From the NCBI GenBank assembly GCA_021805735.1, contig JAJZEE010000002.1, positions 284 through 64,283 on the forward strand: a stretch of DNA of 64,000 bases, read 5' to 3'. Of the stretch, positions 58,601 to 64,000 are shown in pieces. The notes below the pieces were generated by a model. That model worked only from the letters and a program-made list of their open reading frames with translations. It did not search any database and was not told the DNA's origin. This DNA comes from Bacillota bacterium. Its GTDB lineage: Bacteria; Bacillota; Bacilli; Alicyclobacillales; SLC66. A program made the position numbers and the translations under genes. Position 1 is the first letter of the stretch. Every line of letters begins with the position of its first letter.

Positions 58601-58827
58601 AGCAGGCCGCCAACAACACGAAGGAGCAGTTCGCCAATTCTCCAGACCTGTCTAACGAGTTGATGAATGCCATCATGGATGCTTTCGCGGCACATACGAC
58701 CATGAGCAAGCAGGCCCTCAACTCTGAAAAAGTGCGCCATGCAATCAAAGAGATTCTTCTGGGGCCAGCACAGTTATACGAGGCACTACGCTCGCGCGGC
58801 GACGCGCATGCTATCAATCTCGACTAG
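55687..58827 (+). CDS. hsdR: Type I R-M restriction (helicase-nuclease) subunit
   Basis: 1046 aa. Contains Walker A HSAGSGKTNS and the DEAH box IADEAHSSQ. An ATGA overlap joins it to hsdS. Confidence 0.93.
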   Translation: MSLHKEVEFENDICDYLSAHGWLYAEDDTQRYDRVRALFPEDLRSWVESTQSMAWEALVKNYGSASEATLLDRIRKQLDERGTLDVLRHGIELIGLRQPLQLAQFKPALAMNPDLQAKYASNRLRVVRQVRYSIHNENAIDLVLFLNGIPVATVELKSDFTQSVEDAVDQYRFDRDPRPKGKSAEPLLEFPGGALVHFAVSNSEVRMTTKLQGAATSFLPLNRGDHGGAGNPVNENGHRTAYLWEQVWERNSWLEIIGRYLVTERNSKKQIESVIFPRYHQLDATRKLIAAALKDGPGQKYLIQHSAGSGKTNSIAWTAHFLADLHDAEHRKLFDSVLVVSDRNVLDAQLQEAIFDFERTAGVVATIKGESRSKSEELATALSGGKKIVVCTIQTFPFALKAVQELAATQGKRFAVIADEAHSSQTGEAASKLKQVLSAEELQELADGGVVSTEDLLAAQMAGRANVSGLTFVAFTATPKAKTLELFGRRPNPELPAGEDNLPAPFHVYGMRQAIEEGFILDVLKNYTPYSLAFKLANDGQERDQTEVERSAAMKGIMRWVRLHPYNIAQKVQVVVEHFRENVAPLLNGHAKAMVVVASRLEAVRWQKAIEKYIRDQRYKIGTLVAFSGEVNDAESSLEPFTENSKALNPNLNGRDIREAFSTREYQILLVANKFQTGFDQPLLCGMYVDKRLAGIQAVQTLSRLNRSYRGSHGLKDTTYILDFVNDPDEVLKSFKPYYETAELAGVTDPDLVFNLRAKLDATGYYDDNEIERVVSVELNPRALQSELAAALEPVADRLLRKYKSARSTLEVVRAKQERNAEQHAQNEINALILFKRDIGAFLRVYAFLSQIFDYGNTAIEKRAIFFKRLLPLLEFGRERDVIDFSKMVLTHHRLNDKGSRDLPLGKGDIVKLPPLTDPGTGEVQETEKALLAEIIAKVNDIFEGDLTDDDKLVYVNNVLKGKLLESEVLVQQAANNTKEQFANSPDLSNELMNAIMDAFAAHTTMSKQALNSEKVRHAIKEILLGPAQLYEALRSRGDAHAINLD

Positions 58828-59045
58828 AGTGGCACCAAATTTCAGATAACTGATGTCCGGGCCTCTCACAGGAAAGATTGTTTCGCTTATTATCAAAATA
58901 TGGTACTCTACTAATTGACGTTTTGCAGCCCAGTATACACAAGTAGTGTGGCAATGCAATATTCAAGGAGCATAAGAACTCTAAGCCCAAAAGAAAGCCT
59001 GGTTCTACAAATTTATCTAAGAAGCCAGTTGATATTGTTTACGGG

Positions 59046-59471
59046 GTGAGAACGTTGGCGAAAGTGAATAATGCCTGGCCGAGATCCTTCCCGCCAAGTT
59101 GCCCACCAATTAAAGCGGCAAAACGAGCGGTCAAAGTGTATAGACTAGTTGCATCAGATACTATTAAACCCAAGGACTTCGTTGCAAAGGGATTTCGGCG
59201 TCAATTTTACGCAGAATGTGCGTGCGAGGAATTTGCACTGTCAGTATTGGAAAAAAGCGGTGATCTGCATGTTGCTCGGCAGTATTTTTCCACCATCGGC
59301 ATGGCGAAACTGAATAAGGCCGCAGTAGGGTTTATCACCGCAGAGAGTGGTAGAGTGTCGGAAGGACCGAGTAACAACGTGGGTAAATCACACTTGAATT
59401 GGTGGACATATGAAGGGATCGAACCCCATACGTTTTTTAGTGAGATACTCCGGATCGGAGTGGATATTTAG
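59046..59471 (+). CDS. Hypothetical small basic protein (cassette gene A)
   Basis: 141-aa ORF in the AT-rich segment. The start is uncertain (GTG 59046, TTG 59055, or GTG 59064). No family recognised. Confidence 0.5.
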   Translation: MRTLAKVNNAWPRSFPPSCPPIKAAKRAVKVYRLVASDTIKPKDFVAKGFRRQFYAECACEEFALSVLEKSGDLHVARQYFSTIGMAKLNKAAVGFITAESGRVSEGPSNNVGKSHLNWWTYEGIEPHTFFSEILRIGVDI

Positions 59472-60670
59472 TGTGTGGGAAATTTTTCACCCCCATTGGC
59501 GAATTAAATATCATTGATGTGCTTTTCTATTACGACGGGCCTCGCATCTTTATAGGCCAAAACGAAGCATCGAAGTTTTTGGGATTTTTGGTCGATGAAA
59601 TTGATGAGTGGGATCAGTGGCTATTCGCTCCCGTTTCTAAGGAAAGAGTTTCGCAAATAAAAAAGGGCATCATTTCCATAAGAGAGGCTCTTCTAAATGT
59701 TGAAGACGGTTGGGTCTTTGAAATTAAGCTTCCGGTAATAGAGAAAGCTTCCGCCACCGTCGAACTGCTTAGGCCCCAAGATATACCATTGCAGTATCTA
59801 CCTCAAGAAGAGTCATATATCAAAGTGGGCGAGGAAAATGATACAGTACAGACTGCCAACGAACTTCCAAATAAGAGAGCCTCAACACTTGAAGAGGCAG
59901 TTGAGAGTTCTAGAGATGTTTTGGATATATCTATAAGTGGATTCGAAGATGAACACGAACTAAGCTGCGAAAGGGCTGGTAACACCCTAAGATCTTATCA
60001 AATGTTGGCTTATTCATTAGACTCAAGGTGGAAACAGAATCAAAAGAGACCACCACATGATGTGATTCACGATAATGCTGCGAACCTTACAGCTCTTTTC
60101 GCGGCTTCGTTCGGAATTAGAATCAAGTCAAGGCAACATTCTGGTCTTTTTAAGGACACTGACGCAACTGCTGCTATTAGGCGGTTGTCGAAGCTCGTTT
60201 CATCTAGTCAAGACAAAGACAATTTGAGAGCTCATCTTAAAACCCTTACTCCTAGAGCAGCTGCTTGGTATCAAAGGTTTTTGGAGAATTTCAGGGAAGA
60301 TACAGCACAACTAAAATTGGAATGGGCCTCCCCTAACAGGGACCATGACTCCACAATACTAACTCGGACTCAGTTGCTTACGGCATACGATATTCTTAAA
60401 GAAACTACTGAGACCACTGTCAAACTTGAATTGGAAGGGACACTTATTGCAATAAACCTCAAGAGGAACACATTTTATATTGTGTGTGACGATGATAATT
60501 ACTATTCCGGAGCCTTGTCACACGAGATCGTAAACCAGGTCTCAAAAGGGTACACCTTTGAAGTTCCAATGCCTGTGTGTGCAATCGTTGAGTCAAGAGA
60601 GGTCCTAAATTTGTCGACTGAAATGATAAACACTTCGTACAAACTTTTGGCAATCAGGCCGATATCCTGA
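59471..60670 (+). CDS. Hypothetical protein (cassette gene B)
   Basis: 399-aa ORF. Its GTG start shares 1 nt with the gene A stop (TAGTG). No family recognised. Confidence 0.55.
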   Translation: MCGKFFTPIGELNIIDVLFYYDGPRIFIGQNEASKFLGFLVDEIDEWDQWLFAPVSKERVSQIKKGIISIREALLNVEDGWVFEIKLPVIEKASATVELLRPQDIPLQYLPQEESYIKVGEENDTVQTANELPNKRASTLEEAVESSRDVLDISISGFEDEHELSCERAGNTLRSYQMLAYSLDSRWKQNQKRPPHDVIHDNAANLTALFAASFGIRIKSRQHSGLFKDTDATAAIRRLSKLVSSSQDKDNLRAHLKTLTPRAAAWYQRFLENFREDTAQLKLEWASPNRDHDSTILTRTQLLTAYDILKETTETTVKLELEGTLIAINLKRNTFYIVCDDDNYYSGALSHEIVNQVSKGYTFEVPMPVCAIVESREVLNLSTEMINTSYKLLAIRPIS

Positions 60671-61016
60671 AGCGAATTACTGCGTTCTAATTGGAACGCG
60701 TGCCTTAATCGAATGAATAGCAGATTGCGATCACGTATTGGACCATTCTTCCGGCAGAGGTCGCGGTTTTGTCTGATCACTAATCGTCGGACACAGGCAC
60801 ATCTGGGAATGGCGGCGGAAACAGCCGTATGGGGGGATTTACCTTATACCCTTATGCATGTTTGTAAGCGGGAACCGGAGTGACAGCGTTGAACAGATCC
60901 TGAATGGAAGGTCGAACGAAATCCCTACTCACAACTAAAGTCTATTCGGCAAAGTTCGGTATGCGTAAAATGGCCCTCACCGAAAAGACAAGGTGGGGGT
61001 GCTATTCTACGCATTT

Positions 61017-62990
61017 TTAGTCTTCAATCCTTACGTCGGTCGCAACTTGCTGGCCGCTCTTATATGGGTTATCTTGAATCACATATGAGACCAACCTGCC
61101 AGCTAAAGTTGAAAAGTCTAGATGCGAATTTGCTTTAGAGTGAAAGAACACATCATCGGGAGACCGTTGAATGAACCCATATTGCAGGCCGTACCGGTCA
61201 CTTAGTATCTTTCTAACAATCCCAGTGTCTCGCAAAGGTTTTTGCTTCTTATTTGAGGTCTGCTGAATGAGTAGTTGCGTAAATTCAGACACGTCTTTAA
61301 TACCATGAATGCTTCTACCCATTTCATTTGCCCAGATGTCCTTACAGTGATTCAATATCCCCAATGCCCTTTTTATGATGCTGACGGAATCCCCAGTGAT
61401 TTCTGCGATCAATTTGTTGCAGTATATATCTATTTCTTTTTCCTTGTGAATGCTAGGCATGTTTGGGTCAATGAGTTCCCTAACAACTGTCAACACGTGA
61501 TACTTGAGATTCTTGTTTTCGCGAGCTAGTTGGCTATTATTTTCGCGCAAGAATTTCTCCAGGAAATAGACCGCCAACCCTGTCGTGAAGTAGGGCAATT
61601 TGGAGTGCTTTTCGAGAAAAACTTTGTTACGATAGTCGCGCAGTAAACGAGATTCGTGGCGGTATGCAGCTTCTGGTTCATTGAGAAACATGGCAACAAA
61701 GCCTTGAATAAGAGTACGAAAGCTAAGCTTTTGAGTCTGTTTTATCGTCGGAGTCGCGTGGTATTGCTTTGAGCGGCGCTCGTAGTACAGGAGAACAGGC
61801 CCTCCCATACTCGGGAAGAATTCTTCAAGCTCTTTGTGGAAATCCCGTATTGTTTCAAATGCCTCGTCATAAACGATATTCTGTTTATTTGTGCCACGTA
61901 CCACCTGCCCTGTTATGTGGTCATCCTTTGTAGCGATTATCTTGACACTAACTGGTACCTTCGAAATATCGAATCCCTTTTCCTTCGAAAAGTAGATCAT
62001 ATGACTGGTCTGGCATCCATTAACAATCTGTGGATTAACCAGGGTAATCTTTCTGTTGTTGGTCTTGTACTCATCACACACAATAGTTATTCCGTTATTT
62101 AGGAGGACAAATTTCTGCGGCTCCGCAGATATTGTATGTTCAATTTCTTCGTTGATGGAGGTTTCACCCTGGAAATCCCTCACATTATCATTGAACAGTG
62201 ACTTACGGATAATACCGTCAGGGGTTCGTATCAGCTTGTCAATTTCGGCTGCATTGCAAAGAGCCATGCAAGAATTGTCTACGCTTTCAACAGGGGTGAG
62301 TGGCATGGAATCAATCACTTCAATAATTTCCGTGTAATGGTTCACATTATTGTCACAGATATCCTTAAGGCCTTTGCTGTCGATGAGGTGAATGTGCATC
62401 TCTTCATACACATTCATTGAACGGATGTCATCAATAAAGCGGTCGTTGAGACCGTCTATGTGAGGAAGATCCTGTTTGATCCCCATTGTAACGTAGTATA
62501 AGCGTATGGAAGGGTTTTGTTCCCAAATAATCATGATATCTTCACTGAGGATATAATCCTTGATATCCAACATGTGCATTATGGAGTCGTTCATTGGTTG
62601 CAAATGTGTCTCTGCCAGGAAGTCTCTGACCCCAGTTGCGAAGTTGTTATACTCGCCCATGTTGAATTTGTCCTTGTACTTTGATTGAATGAAAATAAAC
62701 TCTACAGACGCTTTCTTATTACGGGCCACTAGGGCGTCGACATCTTCCTTGTCTCTGACGAAGACACCGTTTAGCTTAATCCCGATCCCGTCAATGGCAA
62801 GGTCATTACTTCCCCCTACACTGCACAAATCCAAGAAGTCACTGTTTCCCAAAAACGGTTCTGGGCTATGAGCATATAAAACGTTGAAATTTACAAAGCG
62901 TTCAAATGCAGTACCATCACTCATATCTACTAATCCGTACTGTTCACGAAAACGCTTAAATCGAGCATTGATGACTGGCTCAAACTGCAT
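61017..62990 (-). CDS. AIPR-family abortive-infection protein with C-terminal cold-shock-like domain
   Basis: 657 aa. Contains LAIDGIGIKLNG, FIFIQSKYKDKF, and the hallmark IVNGCQTSHMIY. The C-terminus reads GIVRKIL...YGFIQRSPDDVFFHSKA...GRLVSYVIQ. Confidence 0.85.
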   Translation of the reverse strand: MQFEPVINARFKRFREQYGLVDMSDGTAFERFVNFNVLYAHSPEPFLGNSDFLDLCSVGGSNDLAIDGIGIKLNGVFVRDKEDVDALVARNKKASVEFIFIQSKYKDKFNMGEYNNFATGVRDFLAETHLQPMNDSIMHMLDIKDYILSEDIMIIWEQNPSIRLYYVTMGIKQDLPHIDGLNDRFIDDIRSMNVYEEMHIHLIDSKGLKDICDNNVNHYTEIIEVIDSMPLTPVESVDNSCMALCNAAEIDKLIRTPDGIIRKSLFNDNVRDFQGETSINEEIEHTISAEPQKFVLLNNGITIVCDEYKTNNRKITLVNPQIVNGCQTSHMIYFSKEKGFDISKVPVSVKIIATKDDHITGQVVRGTNKQNIVYDEAFETIRDFHKELEEFFPSMGGPVLLYYERRSKQYHATPTIKQTQKLSFRTLIQGFVAMFLNEPEAAYRHESRLLRDYRNKVFLEKHSKLPYFTTGLAVYFLEKFLRENNSQLARENKNLKYHVLTVVRELIDPNMPSIHKEKEIDIYCNKLIAEITGDSVSIIKRALGILNHCKDIWANEMGRSIHGIKDVSEFTQLLIQQTSNKKQKPLRDTGIVRKILSDRYGLQYGFIQRSPDDVFFHSKANSHLDFSTLAGRLVSYVIQDNPYKSGQQVATDVRIED

Positions 62991-63183
62991 GTACTATCAT
63001 CCTCTCATGGCGTCGTTTATCAGTATCGAAGTGTGTAGTTCTGGTAGTATTGTTATCTCCTAGCCATAATATAGCATTCTACGGACAGAGTATCTACAGA
63101 TATTACCCTAATGCAAGTGTATGGAGGCAATTCAAACCGGTCAGATCGGTTTACGGAGTGGCTGCCGCCTTGCCATCTATAGC

Positions 63184-63317
63184 CTAGAAATCCGTCCGAT
63201 GGAATAAAAAAACGTATATTTATTCGGATTCAGCAGATTTGTGCGACGTGAATCCGCGTACATACGCTTTGAGTGGACTAATATGCACAAAAATCGTTTC
63301 GTCGGACGGACTTCTAG
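63184..63317. repeat. Nested inverted repeats upstream of the AIPR gene
   Basis: The outer 16-nt arms, 63184-63199 and 63302-63317, are complementary at 15 of 16 positions. The inner 8-bp arms are CGGATTCA (63225-63232) and TGAATCCG (63249-63256). Confidence 0.75.
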
Positions 63318-63650
63318 AATAATTTTCAAAGCTGCGTTCGTGCAGACCACATGAGTACGATCGTCACTACCAGTCAAAAACACCATCCAACCCCAGCTCG
63401 CCAAGTGCAAGCGAGGGTTGGGTTTTGAATGTGTCTAGTGAGTGAGGTATAAGACCTCGTGGGGAGCAAAGGGTACGGTGGCCCCGCTTGTCAAGACATT
63501 TTTTTGACCCTCGCTAAGCTATACCCAGGTAAGTCTGTCAAGGTACGCTTTCCAGCCTTGACGGACGGCTCATCACCTCCCACACTGAATGGTAGTGGTC
63601 GAAGCCACGCACTTGTGGATTCGGCCCTAGAGACAGATCTGTGCTGTCTT

Positions 63651-64000
63651 TCAGGCAGTCGCCAAGCTGGATAGAACCTTTGGCTTGACAGGAAGTGGAT
63701 CTGTCGGTTTCATCCCCTCCAGATAGATTTCCGCTGGAGTGTGGTACCGCAGTGATTGGTGGGGCCGTTCGTGATTGTACATTTGTATAAACCGCCCAAT
63801 GCTGATCCTCGCCTCACGGGGACTAGCGTACTCTTTGGTGTAAACCTCTTCGTACTTGATCGTCCGCCAAAACCGCTCTGTGAAAATGTTGTCCAGCGCT
63901 CGATTTTTCCCATCCATGCTGATCTGAACGCCTGCATCCCTTAGCAGTTCAATGTACCGAGGACTCGTGAAATGGCTCCCCTGGTCGCTGTTCATGATCT
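63651..64000 (-). mobile_element. IS3-family transposase OrfB (rve/DDE domain), C-terminal part; gene continues past the window end
   Basis: NSDQGSHFTSPRYIELL...NIFTERFWRTIKYEEVY...YNHERPHQSL is a typical IS3 integrase-core C-terminus. A possible IS terminus (TGTGGATTCGGCCC) lies near 63613. Confidence 0.85.

Noticed and set aside
60671-61016. The convergent intergenic region with hairpins (GCGTTC-TAATTG-GAACGC at about 60683-60700, and a long imperfect hairpin just after the AIPR stop), considered as a possible ncRNA such as a retron msr/msd.
   Set aside because: There is no adjacent reverse transcriptase and no characteristic a1/a2 repeats. The hairpins are adequately explained as terminators of the two convergent genes.
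63177-63674. Short ORFs 63177-63410 (-) and 63459-63674 (+).
   Set aside because: They have no RBS or motifs and lie in repeat- and hairpin-rich DNA flanking the IS. They are probably non-coding.

Overview
This 64-kb window comes from a moderately GC-rich Firmicute chromosome. The gene order is the Bacillus-type origin-proximal block. A bacterial G1 glutamic peptidase and sulfur and redox genes suggest an Alicyclobacillus-like organism, but that is inference only.

Contents from left to right:
- A PAS histidine kinase truncated by the window edge, a yybS-like gene, rplI-dnaB and purA.
- A tRNA-Lys/Glu/Val cluster split by a ~1.8-kb decayed islet. The islet carries a RelE/Phd TA pair and a SIR2-like gene fragment, and is bounded by a duplicated tRNA-Lys 3' half.
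- G1 peptidase, YceI, Hsp20, a Sir2 deacetylase, and a TetR-MFS pair preceded by a 48-bp perfect palindrome.
- A minus-strand block: a Rieske-less cytochrome b6-like operon, a radical SAM/SPASM gene and VIT1.
- CoA-disulfide reductase-rhodanese, SQR, and a two-polypeptide 2-oxoacid:ferredoxin oxidoreductase.
- Several orphan ORFs.
- A translationally coupled operon encoding a 1053-aa membrane-fusion protein (~620-aa coiled coil) and two tandem RND pumps.
- thiD, a truncated thiM, thiE, and a DUF4855-like gene.
- walR-walK-yycH-yycI-walJ-htrA-rlmH.

An accessory or defence island starts directly after rlmH. It contains a nuclease-like ORF, a frameshifted Ig-like gene, a Type I R-M system (hsdMSR), and an AT-rich segment. 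That segment holds an unassignable two-gene cassette (59046-60670) and an AIPR Abi gene fused to a cold-shock domain. A truncated IS3 transposase lies at the window end.

I saw no CRISPR array, rRNA or intact prophage. The best candidate for a new system is the two-gene cassette. The giant MFP/RND operon and the cytochrome b operon are secondary candidates. All family assignments come from motif recognition by eye and synteny; no database search was run.
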